Made by a program: the position numbers and the translations under genes. Shown piece by piece: positions 46,718-58,436 of a DNA stretch of 64,000 bases. Source of the DNA: Methanotrichaceae archaeon (GTDB lineage: Archaea > Halobacteriota > Methanosarcinia > Methanotrichales > Methanotrichaceae); assembly GCA_963803145.1 (NCBI GenBank), contig CAWDLW010000023.1:96001-160000 (forward strand). The letters run 5' to 3'. The notes below the pieces were generated by a model, which did no database searches, was not told the DNA's origin, and saw nothing but the letters and a program-made list of their open reading frames with translations. The stretch's first letter is position 1. Every line of letters begins with the position of its first letter.

Positions 46718-47344
46718 ATGTACAAAAACTCGTCAATTTTGCTAACTTTAATAATGCTGGTTCTATTAGTATCTGGCCAGGAAAACACAGCAGGTTATTG
46801 GTTAGCGAAAGCTAACGAGTTGTCTCAAACGGGGATGTACAACGAATCGATACCATATTACGATAAGGCTATCAGCCTAGACTCAAAAAGCGCAGATGCA
46901 TGGAATAGTAAGGGCTTAGCATTGCAAAATTTAGAAAAATACGACGAATCAATTAAATGCTTTGATACAGCTATCCAACTGAACCATTCATACAAAGAAG
47001 CTTGGTATAACGAAGGTTGGAGTTATCACGAACTTGGCCTATACGATAAATGCATAGAATGCAATAAAAACGCCTTGAAAATAGATCCAAACTATTGTGA
47101 TGCATCTAATGATATAGGCGTTGCCTATTATACAGAACGAAATTATGAAGAGGCTGAGAATTGGTATCGTAAGACACTAGAAATTTGCCCAGACAGAGGA
47201 GAAACTTGGTATAACTTAGGTTTGTTATTAAAGTCTCAAGGCCGCAATAGTGAAGCGTATGATGCTTATCTTAAGTCTAAGAACTATGGTTATACCGGCC
47301 CAGAAGACTGCAACAAAGAATTCGAAAATCTCGCTTCATTCTAG
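46718..47344 (+). CDS. Secreted TPR protein
   Basis: Signal peptide; AWNSKG and AWYNEG TPR repeats. Confidence 0.9.
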   Translation: MYKNSSILLTLIMLVLLVSGQENTAGYWLAKANELSQTGMYNESIPYYDKAISLDSKSADAWNSKGLALQNLEKYDESIKCFDTAIQLNHSYKEAWYNEGWSYHELGLYDKCIECNKNALKIDPNYCDASNDIGVAYYTERNYEEAENWYRKTLEICPDRGETWYNLGLLLKSQGRNSEAYDAYLKSKNYGYTGPEDCNKEFENLASF

Positions 47345-47415
47345 TGGCCATAATTTTAATTAGCCAAAGGATGAGACCATAATCCTTTTTTATAAGTAAA
47401 TAGTAATCAACATCT

Positions 47416-48708
47416 GTGACAGATCTCTCAAAGAGGGTCTTTGTTATAATGTTGTTTATAATGTTCTTATCAGTAGAAGGATCTGCTATTGAATTAGAGA
47501 GCTCTAGAGTAATCCCGTCTAGCCAAATTTTGGCCCAGATCAGAAATAGTACGCCTGTAGAGTACACCAACATTGAAGTGATGGGTGATCTAGATTTGAG
47601 CAACATATCAGAACCGATAACCTCTCCAATCACAATTAAGGATTCTGAGTTTCACGGTGTAGTGATCTTTAACGATTCTATCATAAAGGAACCAATAAAC
47701 TTTGAAAGGACACTATTTCTTAAACCTGCGTACTTCTTCCAGACTAGGTTTATGGAAGGTGTAAATTTTAATCACGCCCAGTTTAATGAAACAGCGATAT
47801 TTAGGAAATCTCTCATAAACCAAGCGGCTGATTTTGGAGAAGCTAGATTTAATGGACGTGTGGATTTCAGGGATTCTATCATAACTGCAGAGATCGCTGA
47901 CTTTGGGGGAGCTTATTTCGATGATGATGCGCAATTTATTGAAACTGGATTTAGCGTTAAAAATGCTAACTTTGAATGGTCTCAATTCAATAAGTCTGCA
48001 AAATTTTGGCATTCTGTATTTGGCGAATATGCAGATTTCCGGGGCGCACATTTCGGAGATATTGCAGATTTCTATGTAGTTCAGTTTAATGACACTGCAG
48101 ATTTCTGGGGCGCACAATTTGAAAAAGAATTGTTTTTCAATGATGTAAGCTTCAAAACCTTTAGGATTCAATGGGCATCAATAGAAGGTAAATTGAATTG
48201 TAATGGTCCGCCGTATCTTCTGCTGATCAAAAACTTCAAAGATTTAGAGCAGTTTGAAGATGCTGATAGCTGTTACTATCAGTATAGAGACTGGAGAAGG
48301 ACCAACAGGCCCTTAGAATGGGCCATAATTGGCGATTATGTCTCCTGGCTATCCTGTGGATATGGGGTCCGATGGCATTACACTATATTTTCTAGCATTA
48401 TGGTTATAATGCTTTTCGGTTTGTATTATGAATCATTTAACTTTAGACATGTACTGCGAAATTTGTCAAATGAAAGGGGTCAAAAAAATACAAACCAATA
48501 CGAGTTTAAAGAAAACCTTAAAAGAGCCATAACTTTTAGTGCAATAACTTTGTTATCGTTACCCTCCGATTGGTATCCATTTGGAAAAGATGAATATGCA
48601 CAATTTATAAAACAGCACTTAATTTCAGCCATCTTTGAGCGTATTGTTGGTTGGGGCCTTATGTTGCTGCTAATCGGCACTCTGAGCAGACTAATGGTAA
48701 GATACTAG
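47416..48708 (+). CDS. Pentapeptide-repeat membrane protein
   Basis: ADF-x-x-A-x-F repeats; CGYG and C-terminal TMs. Confidence 0.88.
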   Translation: MTDLSKRVFVIMLFIMFLSVEGSAIELESSRVIPSSQILAQIRNSTPVEYTNIEVMGDLDLSNISEPITSPITIKDSEFHGVVIFNDSIIKEPINFERTLFLKPAYFFQTRFMEGVNFNHAQFNETAIFRKSLINQAADFGEARFNGRVDFRDSIITAEIADFGGAYFDDDAQFIETGFSVKNANFEWSQFNKSAKFWHSVFGEYADFRGAHFGDIADFYVVQFNDTADFWGAQFEKELFFNDVSFKTFRIQWASIEGKLNCNGPPYLLLIKNFKDLEQFEDADSCYYQYRDWRRTNRPLEWAIIGDYVSWLSCGYGVRWHYTIFSSIMVIMLFGLYYESFNFRHVLRNLSNERGQKNTNQYEFKENLKRAITFSAITLLSLPSDWYPFGKDEYAQFIKQHLISAIFERIVGWGLMLLLIGTLSRLMVRY

Positions 48709-48828
48709 ACTAGTGTTAAGCTTAGATAGCGCTGATGGCGTAGATATTGCATATAGTTTACATTACTTCTGCCAAAATGCAGTAACAATTTAAGCTTCAA
48801 GAAAATTTAGGGATCGTAGAATTGATCC

Positions 48829-51108
48829 CTATGCGTATATCTCCCCGACTTTCTCGATTTCGCGAGACGCCCTCTTGCGGAGCTCTCCGCCAAGCTTCGT
48901 ATAGTACTTCATCGTGTCGGGAGTAACCGATGGCCCTATCTCCTCTATGGCAGCAATGAAGTGCCTCTGGCTGACGATCTGCGTTTGCATATTCTCCCTT
49001 AGAGCCATGCGCCCAGCCTTACGCACCACAGCGGCTATATCTGCACCTGTATATTGATCGGTTAGACTGACAAGATCATCAATATTAACGTCCTTGTCCA
49101 GAGGCATCCTCTTAAGGTGCACCTCGAAGATGTTGTGTCGGGATTCAGCATCCGGTACGGGCACCATAATCAGCTCGTCAAACCTCCCAGGGCGAAGCAG
49201 TGCAGGATCGATTATATCCGGCCTGTTCGTCGCTCCTATTACTACTACTCCTCTCAGCTCCTCAAGGCCGTCCATCTCGCTCAAGAGCTGGTTCACAACG
49301 CGCTCGGTCACATGAGGCTCTCCCAGGGCCCCGCCTCTGATCGGCACAAGTGCATCAAGCTCATCAAGGAATATTATCGTTGGAGCAACTTGCTTGGCGC
49401 GACGGAAGATCTCCTCGACGCGCTTTTCGCTCTCTCCGTACCATTTGGATAGCAAAGCGCTCCCCTTAACTGTAATGAAGTTAGCCTCGCTCTCATTGGC
49501 CACGGCCTTTGCAAGCATCGTTTTACCTGTTCCCGGAGGACCGTAAAGCAATATGCCCTTTGGGGCATCGATACCCAGGCGCCTGAAGCTTTCAGCATGG
49601 CGGAGAGGCCATTCTACGGCCTCGACCAAAAGGTCCTTGACATTCTCCAGGCCACCTATATCTTCCCATTTCACGTTTGGAATTTCAACCAGGACTTCTC
49701 TTAGAGCCGATGGCTGAACCTCCCTCATAGCATCCTCAAAGTCGTCTCTATGAACAATCAGCCTGTCCAGAATCTCCTTTGGTATTGTCGGCTCATCCAG
49801 ATCGATCTCAGGCAGGATACGCCGCAGGGCATTCATAGCAGCCTCTCTAGTTACAGATGCAATGTCGGCGCCCACAAAGCCGTAAGTTCTCTCGGCCAGC
49901 TCCTCCAGGTTCACATCCTCATTCAAGGGCATGCCCCTGGTGTGGATCAGGAAGATCTCTCTTCGTCCATCTATATCTGGCACACCCAGCTCAATCTCGC
50001 GGTCAAATCGACCGGGCCTCCGAAGGGCCATGTCCAGAGCTTCAGGCCTATTTGTGGAGCCTATCACTATCACATTCTTGCGCTCCTTCAGGCCATCCAT
50101 CAAAGAGAGAAGCTGGGCAACGACACGGCGCTCAACCTCACCTGTAACTTCACTTCGTTTGGGTGCTATAGAATCTAGCTCGTCGAGGAATATAATTGCA
50201 GGAGTGTTCTTCTCAGCCTCCTCGAAGATATCTCTTAGCGCCTTCTCGCTCTCTCCATAATACTTGGACATGATCTCAGGGCCGTTGATGCTTATGAAAT
50301 AGGCGTCACTCTCATTTGCAACTGCCTTGGCCAGCATCGTCTTGCCTGTGCCTGGCGGGCCATGTAGCAGAACACCTTTAGGTGGATCAATTCCAAGTCG
50401 GTCGAATAGCTCAGGGTGCTTCAGCGGAAGCTCGATCATCTCGCGAACTTTAGTTATCGCTGGCTTGATGCCGCCAATATCCTCGTAGACTACTGATGGC
50501 ACCGGCCTATCTGCAGCCTCAATGGCCTGAGGCAGAAGCTCCATCTCTGTGCTTTCCGTAATCTTGACTATTCCACTGGGGCTGGTAGAGATAACTCGTA
50601 GCTTGATCTCTCCAAGGCCGAATGCCTGAGCACCTAAAAAGCCCCTGAAGATCTCCTCGAACATAGTCTCTCGCCCCAGAGAATCCGTAGGAGGCTTCCT
50701 GACACTTGTTGTGGAGATGATATCTCCCTTTGTAACAGGCCTTCCATGGAAGACCTTCGTAAGAACATCGCCCGGCGCGAAGATCTGCATGCCCGGAGTT
50801 ACTGGGGCCAGGGTCACGTGCTTCGCCTCGCTCCAAACAGCCTTTTTGATATCAATGTACTGGCCTATGCTTGTGCCAGCATTTGATCTTATGAGGCCGT
50901 CCATTCGGGCTATATCCGATCCCTGATCTGCTGAATAGGCGTTCACTGCCAGAGCTGCCGTTGCTCTTGTACCTGTGACCTCGACCACATCAAGGGTACG
51001 TGCATTAAGCTTTTCCAGGAAATGCTCGCTGACTCTGATTATGCCCTTTCCCACATCTCCTTGATTCGACTCGGCTACCTTGAGCCTGATGGGTTCTCCG
51101 TTGCTCAT
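48829..51108 (-). CDS. cdc48: CDC48/VAT family AAA+ ATPase
   Basis: Two GPPGTGKT Walker A motifs, DELD, RPGRFD; N domain. Confidence 0.97.
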   Translation of the reverse strand: MSNGEPIRLKVAESNQGDVGKGIIRVSEHFLEKLNARTLDVVEVTGTRATAALAVNAYSADQGSDIARMDGLIRSNAGTSIGQYIDIKKAVWSEAKHVTLAPVTPGMQIFAPGDVLTKVFHGRPVTKGDIISTTSVRKPPTDSLGRETMFEEIFRGFLGAQAFGLGEIKLRVISTSPSGIVKITESTEMELLPQAIEAADRPVPSVVYEDIGGIKPAITKVREMIELPLKHPELFDRLGIDPPKGVLLHGPPGTGKTMLAKAVANESDAYFISINGPEIMSKYYGESEKALRDIFEEAEKNTPAIIFLDELDSIAPKRSEVTGEVERRVVAQLLSLMDGLKERKNVIVIGSTNRPEALDMALRRPGRFDREIELGVPDIDGRREIFLIHTRGMPLNEDVNLEELAERTYGFVGADIASVTREAAMNALRRILPEIDLDEPTIPKEILDRLIVHRDDFEDAMREVQPSALREVLVEIPNVKWEDIGGLENVKDLLVEAVEWPLRHAESFRRLGIDAPKGILLYGPPGTGKTMLAKAVANESEANFITVKGSALLSKWYGESEKRVEEIFRRAKQVAPTIIFLDELDALVPIRGGALGEPHVTERVVNQLLSEMDGLEELRGVVVIGATNRPDIIDPALLRPGRFDELIMVPVPDAESRHNIFEVHLKRMPLDKDVNIDDLVSLTDQYTGADIAAVVRKAGRMALRENMQTQIVSQRHFIAAIEEIGPSVTPDTMKYYTKLGGELRKRASREIEKVGEIYA

Positions 51109-51369
51109 ACTTTCCACACCTGATACCAGATAAAGATATACGGGTTTATTTTTTAAGTAGTTTGCCGTATCCATTGCAAGCAACCTAGCTCGTATCAACT
51201 AGCATGAAGGCGAAAATGTCTCTAGACAGAATTTAGATCTTTTAGGCACAATGAAAATAGTCTCATCACATGATTATTTACAGTTTGATAAGGGATTATC
51301 TTAATTATTTGTAGTACCCGGTTTTTTATATGATTTGAATGTTATAAGATATTATCCATTAGTGATAAT

Positions 51370-52002
51370 ATGAAAATAGGAATAATCGGCTCAGGCAACG
51401 TCGGCAGCGGGCTTGGAAAAATATGGGGGAGAGGAGGTCACGATATCATGTTTAGCTCGCGTCATCCTGAAGAGCTGAAAGGCCTCGCAGAATCGATAGA
51501 CAAGAATGCACGCTACGGCACCCCCACCGAAGCAGTGAAGTTCGGAGAAGTTGTAGTTCTGGCAGTTCCCTGGACACAGGCTAAAGATGCTCTAAATTCT
51601 GCTGGCCCATTCAATGGCAAGATTCTTATCGACTGCACAAATCCCTTGAAGCCTGACTTGAGCGGCCTTGCTGTAGAGCCTAACACATCCGCTGGCGAGG
51701 AAGTTGCCAAAATGGCAAAGGATGCACGTGTCGTTAAGGCATTCAATACAACCTTTGCAGCGCTGATGCAATCAGAGTCCAGGATGTTTGGATCTATGCG
51801 ACCAGTGGACTTCTATTGTGGCGACGATGATTCTGCCAAGGCTGTTGTGTCCGGCCTAATAAGAGAAACAGGGCTTGAGCCAGTCGATGCCGGACCGCTA
51901 ATGAGCGCTCGCTACCTTGAACCTATGGCTATGCTTATTATTCAGCTAGGCTATGTCAGAGGAATGGGCACAGATATGGCCTATGCACTCCTCAGGCGTT
52001 AA
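51370..52002 (+). CDS. F420-dependent NADP oxidoreductase-like dinucleotide-binding enzyme
   Basis: GSGNVG, LAVP, IDCTNP, VVKAFN. Confidence 0.85.
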   Translation: MKIGIIGSGNVGSGLGKIWGRGGHDIMFSSRHPEELKGLAESIDKNARYGTPTEAVKFGEVVVLAVPWTQAKDALNSAGPFNGKILIDCTNPLKPDLSGLAVEPNTSAGEEVAKMAKDARVVKAFNTTFAALMQSESRMFGSMRPVDFYCGDDDSAKAVVSGLIRETGLEPVDAGPLMSARYLEPMAMLIIQLGYVRGMGTDMAYALLRR

Positions 52003-52076
52003 CAGATGATGTTAAGGCCATCATTCCGATTATTCTATCATTTTGATTATTATAAACATTGTAAGCTCTGTCTGTT

Positions 52077-52595
52077 ATGACTAATATTACAACTAGAAAT
52101 GGGGTGGATCTGGAAAAACTGGTTGCAACTACCAGTGCAATCAGAGCAGATCCAAACATGGCTCAATCGAATTTCCAGGCAAATACAAAATGGCTGAATG
52201 GTGCCAGATCGAGAACAACGATAAGAAATTTCACCATTGAGTCCGATGAGCCGACCTTCCTCTTAGGCAGCGATAAAGCACCTAATGCCGTTGAGATGGT
52301 CCTGGCGGCTTTGGGATCTTGCCTTGCAGTCGGATTTGCATATAATGCCGCCGCTCGGGGAATCGCTCTGGAATCGCTGGAGATCAAGCTCGAAGGAGAT
52401 CTTGATCTTCAGGGATTCCTTGGAACGTCGGACAAAGTTCGACCTGGCTATCAAAATATTAGGGTCGTATGCAAATTGAAGAGCAATGCACCTAAGGAAA
52501 AGATCGAGGAGCTTTTCAAATATGTCCAGCGTACATCGCCGGTAACGGACATAGTCCGCAACTCCATGCCTGTGACTATGAAGCTTGAAGAGTAG
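52077..52595 (+). CDS. OsmC family protein
   Basis: DEP-x-x-LG...PN-x-x-E...ALGSC; SPV-x-D. Confidence 0.88.
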   Translation: MTNITTRNGVDLEKLVATTSAIRADPNMAQSNFQANTKWLNGARSRTTIRNFTIESDEPTFLLGSDKAPNAVEMVLAALGSCLAVGFAYNAAARGIALESLEIKLEGDLDLQGFLGTSDKVRPGYQNIRVVCKLKSNAPKEKIEELFKYVQRTSPVTDIVRNSMPVTMKLEE

Positions 52596-52670
52596 AGACG
52601 GTAAAAGGATGGTAATATTGGCAAACGATGCTGAAGCAGGCAGATTGGGGTTGTGACTGTAAATGGCCTG

Positions 52671-53495
52671 ATGAAAGGCAAGACTGTTCTCATCACTGGT
52701 TCTACAGATGGCATAGGAATGCAGACTGCCATTGGGCTGGCACGCATGGATGCAAATGTTCTCATCCATGGCCGGAACCGAGAGAAGGGCAAAGCAGTTT
52801 TAAAGGAAATCGCCAAGGTTAGCGGCAACAGCGATCTGGAGCTTTTCATTGCGGACCTCTCCTCACAGAAAGAGGTGCGACGCCTGGCAGCAGATGTTCA
52901 GAAGAATCACAATCGTCTGGATGTCTTAATAAATAACGCTGGGATATTCGAAAAGGAGCGCAGGCTTACCGAGGACGGAATTGAGGATACATTTGCGGTC
53001 AACTACCTTGCACCATTTCTTCTCACGAACCTTCTGCTGGATCTGCTTAAGATAAGCGCTCCCTCAAGGATTATAAACGTGGCATCAATTGCTCACAGAT
53101 CAGCGGCCATTGATTGGGATAATCTTCAGGGCGAGAGATATTACGACGACTATAATGCCTATGCTGTATCAAAATTATGTATAATTCTATTCACCTATGC
53201 GTTATCCCGGCGCTTGGATGGCTCAGGAGTTACCGTCAACTGCCTTCATCCCGGTGTCATAAAAACAAAGCTGCTGCGTGAAGGCTTTGGGGATTATCCG
53301 GGAGAGACTCCAGAGAAGGGGGCCAGAACATCAATCTATCTTGCCAGCTCTCCAGAGATGGATGGTGTGAGCGGTAAGTACTTCGAGAACCAGAGGATTG
53401 CTCGTTCCTCTACAATCAGCTACGATGAGGCACTTCAGGGAAGGCTCTGGAAAATCAGCGAGAAGCTCACAGGTTTTGGCATAAGAATTTTTTGA
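52671..53495 (+). CDS. Short-chain dehydrogenase/reductase
   Basis: TGSTDGIG, NNAG, YAVSK, HPG. Confidence 0.93.
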   Translation: MKGKTVLITGSTDGIGMQTAIGLARMDANVLIHGRNREKGKAVLKEIAKVSGNSDLELFIADLSSQKEVRRLAADVQKNHNRLDVLINNAGIFEKERRLTEDGIEDTFAVNYLAPFLLTNLLLDLLKISAPSRIINVASIAHRSAAIDWDNLQGERYYDDYNAYAVSKLCIILFTYALSRRLDGSGVTVNCLHPGVIKTKLLREGFGDYPGETPEKGARTSIYLASSPEMDGVSGKYFENQRIARSSTISYDEALQGRLWKISEKLTGFGIRIF

Positions 53496-53872
53496 TTGGC
53501 ACTGATCGACTGGCACTAATCTACACTATAACTACCATCATAAGTGTTTTTTAGAACAGATGATCGTCCTTCAAGTATCCATTCTTTATCATTCTTTGGA
53601 TAATACCCATCCCATCATCTACAGCTAATGCTAAGAAAATCATAAATCTAGAATTGGATTAAATAATATCCACAATTATCCTGCAATCCTGCATGCAATG
53701 GAAAAAGGGATAATCGGCATATTCCAAGTCTTTTGGACCTTAAAGAGGCTGGGCTGGCTCCTATAATATAATTGGAAGCTTAGGAGCAATGCCGTTATTG
53801 ATATTAGCCCCTTCAAGCTGTAAATGATCTAGGAGATCTTGTCGTATGCCTTTTAATATTATTCTTATGCCT

Positions 53873-54244
53873 TTAGCTACTATTATTCTGTCCCAAGCCA
53901 ACAAGCAATCCAAGCCTTAATGGTCTCATGGCGATTTTGCTGATGCCTGCGTCTGAACCGCTATTAAGGAAGCTGTTGATACTTGAAGTATACGGATCGC
54001 CTGATGATAAGCCCCCAGTAACTTTGGCGAATGTGGGACTCTTAAATATCTCAGGATTTACGCCTGAAAGACTGATTACAGGCAGACTATTCAGTGTATA
54101 TCCGGACCCTAATGGATTTATTACAGAGGTATTGGATCGATATCCAACTGTTATGTAGTTTTCATTTAATGCATTTGACGGCAATTCTGCAACAATGAGT
54201 GCTATCAGAATGGCTTTGAGTAGTAATCTAGAGTATCTCTTCAT
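53873..54244 (-). CDS. Secreted hypothetical protein
   Basis: RBS GGAGGTG; signal peptide MKRYSRLLLKAILIALIV. Confidence 0.6.
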   Translation of the reverse strand: MKRYSRLLLKAILIALIVAELPSNALNENYITVGYRSNTSVINPLGSGYTLNSLPVISLSGVNPEIFKSPTFAKVTGGLSSGDPYTSSINSFLNSGSDAGISKIAMRPLRLGLLVGLGQNNSS

Positions 54245-54635
54245 ATAACACCTCCAATGTTCCCATTTCACTTTTCTTCTTCGGTCATTGACGAAATAAA
54301 ACCGAAGTGCAACCTCCCGTACAGATCGCCCAAATCTTAAATACCATTTATTTTTACGGCAAACGACGAGATGATTTTCAGGGTTATAAACCTTACGGTA
54401 GTATACTAACACGCCGAGTTATTATCCCTCGCATCGTATGCTTTTTGGCCCAATACATACAGATATTTCATTTATAAATTATTTTCAAGAATTCTAAGTG
54501 CATTATCTCAATTCACCAACTTATTCAGACTTAAATAGACCATATGGGCGCTGTCTCAGGTTCCCCCATCGTGAGGTATCCATCATGGGGCTACCCCATA
54601 CATACCATACTTGCAATCATAAAGATTAAATATTA

Positions 54636-54942
54636 TTATGTGGCACTTTTACAGGTACAAAATCGATATGCGTAAAGAAAAGTACTAAATTTGCTTCGCG
54701 ACCTCAAATAAAAATATTGCTTGTCTTCTCTTTCCTTCATCATCTCCACCAGCACCGAAAACACGGCAGCTTCAAGGGGATCATCTATGGCATAAAATGC
54801 CTCGCCTGAGTACTTCTTGGCCATCTCCGCGAGCCTTTGCCCGTAAATTTGATCTTCCCTTCTTCAGCGCCTTTGAAGCCTTCAGCCACCTGGCCGAGAC
54901 ATCCCTTGCGGTCATCCTAATGCTCTCAAAGCTTCTGCCCAA
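54636..54942 (-). pseudogene. Frameshifted small helical protein (arCOG07300-like, normally PolB2-associated)
   Basis: MGRSFESIRM...RWLKASKALKK then EDQIYG...DDPLEAAVFS in another frame; one extra base in the run at 54857-54859. Confidence 0.6.
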
Positions 54943-54959
54943 CTACTCACCCAGACAGA

Positions 54960-54987
54960 AGGCCACAGGCCACAGGCCACAAGCCAT
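54960..54987 (+). repeat. 7-bp tandem repeat AGGCCAC x3 plus a degenerate copy
   Basis: Read directly from the sequence. Confidence 0.85.
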
Positions 54988-55567
54988 CAGATGCCGGCAT
55001 TTGCTCTACAGCCCAATTCCTCTCCTTAAGTCTGCTCTTGATCATGTCCTCAATATCCTCAGGCCTGAGCTTCCTGCCTATAATGATCTTAGCAATATTT
55101 ATCCCAACGCTGACTGGAGCATTTCCAGCAGCAGCCGCTCCTAGTAAAAGTGCAAAAAAGATGGATATTGCCCAGCCCATCTTCAACATTAAACGCATAT
55201 AATGATGTGGGTACAGGCCCTAGCATACACTTAAATGATCTGGCAGCTTGGCCAGGACCATTGAATACAATCAAAAAGCCTTCATCAAGGCCCGGGAGCT
55301 CTATCATCTATGCCTACAATAAAGCCGCTAGGCTTAATCCTAAAAAGCATTGGTCAATGAGGCTTTCCAAAAGTACAATCATCAACTTTGATTACCTTGT
55401 CACTTGATTATGAGAAAGCCTCCAATGTGGTCTGGCTCTTCTGTGTCCTCGGAATGGCCTTTGCTATAACTCTCGCCTCAGCCCTAAGCCCCAACGCAGG
55501 AGCTTGATGAATTGAGTATCCTGCAATAAAATCTTTCAGGCTGCTGCATAGGAACATTGGATGCCGC

Positions 55568-56407
55568 TTAAAAGTTTATAATCTTATGATACTCTTCCAG
55601 CAAATCGCTAGCAAGCATGCTCTCTCCATACTTCTTTCCTGCGAGTTCCCCAGCCCTTCCGTTTATATAAGTTGCGGCCAATGCTGCCCTAAAGCAGGAG
55701 ACTTTCCTAGCCATTATTGCACCGCATATTCCTGCAAGAAGGTCTCCAGTACCTCCTTTTGTCATGAACGGCGAGCGCCGCTTATCTATTTCAGTCTCTT
55801 GGCCATCGGAAATAGTATTTTCGATTCCTTTATACAGAATTGTGCATCCAAATTTCCTTGCTGCTTCTTTGGTCGCTTCCATTTCAGCATCAAGCTTTGG
55901 TGATACTCCCGATTTGATCAAGCTCAGGAATTCCTTTCTGTTTGGTGTAAGCAAAAACGATTTACCTTTAAAGATCTCTGGCCTTGAGGCCACGGCATGT
56001 ATCGCATCTGCATCTATCACGCATGGCAGGTCAGTCTTTTCTAGAAACTCACAGACTGCTTCAGCTGTCTCCTTCTCGTTCCCAATTCCGCCGCCAATAA
56101 CACATGCATTGAACCTCCTCTTGATTCCATATATCTCCTTTACATGCTTACTTGTGAAATAATCTCCTTCGAGAGGGTAAGTCACAAGATCCGGCAAGAA
56201 GCCAGCAATAATATCCGCGGATCGCCTTATAGTCACAACAGTTACCATATCAACGCCACACCTCAAAGCTGCAAGAGCGTTTAAAGCCGGAGCGCCTGAA
56301 TACATTTTTGATCCGCCTATAACGAGGAGATGGCCATAATCATACTTGCTGGTGCCGGAATCTCTTTTTGCATAGATACTCTGAACTAATTTAACTACTT
56401 CAGTCAT
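55568..56407 (-). CDS. nnrD: NAD(P)H-hydrate dehydratase
   Basis: GGS-x-x-YSGAP, VIDADA, LTPN-x-x-E, GGTGDLLAG. Confidence 0.93.
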   Translation of the reverse strand: MTEVVKLVQSIYAKRDSGTSKYDYGHLLVIGGSKMYSGAPALNALAALRCGVDMVTVVTIRRSADIIAGFLPDLVTYPLEGDYFTSKHVKEIYGIKRRFNACVIGGGIGNEKETAEAVCEFLEKTDLPCVIDADAIHAVASRPEIFKGKSFLLTPNRKEFLSLIKSGVSPKLDAEMEATKEAARKFGCTILYKGIENTISDGQETEIDKRRSPFMTKGGTGDLLAGICGAIMARKVSCFRAALAATYINGRAGELAGKKYGESMLASDLLEEYHKIINF

Positions 56408-56459
56408 CTTATGATAATATGCTCGAAGGGTAATATAATAATCACTAATAGTGCTGCAG

Positions 56460-56490
56460 GTAAACTACTCCGGCCTAAAGACCAGAGTCT
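56460..56490. mobile_element. Isolated degenerate IS200/IS605-like end
   Basis: GTAAACTACTCCGGCCTAAAGACCAGAGT hairpin. Confidence 0.45.
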
Positions 56491-56590
56491 CCAGCCTTGA
56501 GTTTCTATGAGACTTCTTGACTTTGGATTATTCATGCAGGCTCTTCGATTTCACTTGTTCTGGTAAAACAAGATAATGGAGTTGAGATAA

Positions 56591-56773
56591 ATGGCTGAAG
56601 AGAGAATGAGAAAAGAAGCAAAAGGCGAGACGACTGTTGCTGAGGCAGGCCATAAGGGCGGAGAGAGAACCGCTGAAACCCATGGCAGAGAGTTCTACAG
56701 TGATATCGGACATTAGGGCGGTCAAAAAGTAAGAGAGCTGATTGAAGCTGGCAAAGATGCCGAGCGAAGATAG
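56591..56773 (+). pseudogene. KGG-repeat stress protein (Em/GsiB-like) with an in-frame TAG
   Basis: TVAEAGHKGGE...HGREFYSDIGH*GGQKV; TAG at 56714. Confidence 0.8.
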
Positions 56774-56853
56774 GCTAAATTGTTCGTTTGCCCTCCCTGG
56801 TTCAAACAGAGGAGGGCCCTACTAGTGTTGTATAACAGAGGATATGCAATAGA

Positions 56854-57708
56854 TTAATAAACGGGGGAATAAGATGAGATTACCCCTTTTCCTAGCCTTA
56901 TTGTGCCTGATTTATCAGTTGCAACTGTTGTTGCAGTGTTTTTAACATCGCTCGCCTGAGATCCATTATCACCCTGAGTATCTGCTGAATTGGAGGCCGA
57001 AGTCAAAACGCCTATAGGTGCAGAGCCTGCAATATCACCAGACCATGTGGCTCCGCTGGCCGAGTACCCTGAATATGTTCCAATTGTGTGAACGTCGAGA
57101 GATAGATCGAGGTTATATAGATCCTTACTATCTGTGGGCGTCACAGCCAGCATTAATTTGCCACCTTCTTCCAAACCACTAGCTATGATCTTATGAGTTC
57201 CATTATCATCGTTTAAGGTGCCATAGCCAGTGATTGCATCATTATTCTGAACTAAAGCTAGGTTTAGATGCTTAAGACCCTGGTCCAGCGCTATTAGGTC
57301 CAGCGACCATGGGCCACTGACATTTGCATTCTGCGCTGACTCTTTAGGTATATTAACTACATTAGGCACATTAACAGCATTAGATCCGTATCCATAGGAC
57401 CCTGCTGCTGGAGGTGTATTATCAAGATATGTTACCGCAGGTTTGCTAACCACTTTATAAGGTGTATTGGAATCCGTTATTGCATTCCAATCCGTTATTA
57501 TTCCTGCTGCTTGAGCTTGATGTAAAGTATCCTGATCCATAGGCATATCCATTGTCTCGCCTACAAAGCTTGGATCGAGAGGATCTCCTGGATCATTGCC
57601 CGTCCAATCAATATTATTTGAATCTACAAGCATAGGCGGCAGCGCATATGCATGGGCTGTAAGATAGGCGATAGCAATCAAACAGAGTAATACCTTAGTG
57701 TATATCAT
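56854..57708 (-). CDS. Secreted hypothetical protein (Methanothrix-type)
   Basis: Signal peptide; VSGPWSL...G-x-G beta domain. Confidence 0.7.
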   Translation of the reverse strand: MIYTKVLLCLIAIAYLTAHAYALPPMLVDSNNIDWTGNDPGDPLDPSFVGETMDMPMDQDTLHQAQAAGIITDWNAITDSNTPYKVVSKPAVTYLDNTPPAAGSYGYGSNAVNVPNVVNIPKESAQNANVSGPWSLDLIALDQGLKHLNLALVQNNDAITGYGTLNDDNGTHKIIASGLEEGGKLMLAVTPTDSKDLYNLDLSLDVHTIGTYSGYSASGATWSGDIAGSAPIGVLTSASNSADTQGDNGSQASDVKNTATTVATDKSGTIRLGKGVISSYSPVY

Positions 57709-57956
57709 ATCGGTCTATTATAGGGACGGCCAATCAGGCCAGGGTATTTGCTGATAGCAATTGGCTAATTACGCTATAAGTATATGACGATTTCGGTTTA
57801 AGCAATAGTCGATAATCGGGTGAAAGATATATACATAGCTTATGGCTGAATAAGAAGAAAGTTGAAGGCCATAGTAACCCAACACCCCATATTGCGCCCG
57901 CTAATTTTCATCCATATGCTGGAATATTCACTCCTCTTACGTCCGCTTATTTGCGT

Positions 57957-58436
57957 TCAGCCGATTTGGACTGCCAGCATGGAAACCGAGCCTCCATCTA
58001 TGCCCTTTACAGGAAAGCTGACCTTCTCGCCTCTTTTTTTGCAACCTATGACATAGAGGAGCGGCAGATAGTGATCCGGTGTAGGAACAGATAGCATTGC
58101 ATCTTTGCCCAAATCCTCATAGTTGATGAGCGGACCGTAATCTTCAGCCAAGAGCAATTCTCTGGCGCGTTCCGCAAGGTCTGGATCTCCTGGTGCAGGA
58201 TACTCGACCTCGTAAAGATCCTGAGGAAATCCGCCGAAGTCATGAATCGTTCTAGGTGTCTGCATTGCAGTTACTGCAGTTCTTCCGATGTACCAATGTG
58301 CGGAAATGGAGAGTATTGCTTTTGGCCTGGGAATGCTGTTTCCTATAGCTTCCCAGGCTCTTGTATAATCATTTGATTGCAAGGCATCCATTGGATTTCC
58401 ATGTCCCAGGAAAATGGCTGGCATAGTCTCAATCAT
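57957..58436 (-). pseudogene. ygiD: 4,5-DOPA extradiol dioxygenase (YgiD/LigB) with an internal in-frame deletion
   Basis: GHGNPM, SAHW, HDFGGF and PTPDHYLP present; DHG and HNL segment absent. Confidence 0.8.

Noticed and set aside
54990-55420. ORFs 54947-55198, 55089-55307 and 55150-55407 as real genes
   Set aside because: Look like a mosaic of decayed TPR and signal-peptide fragments with no coherent product
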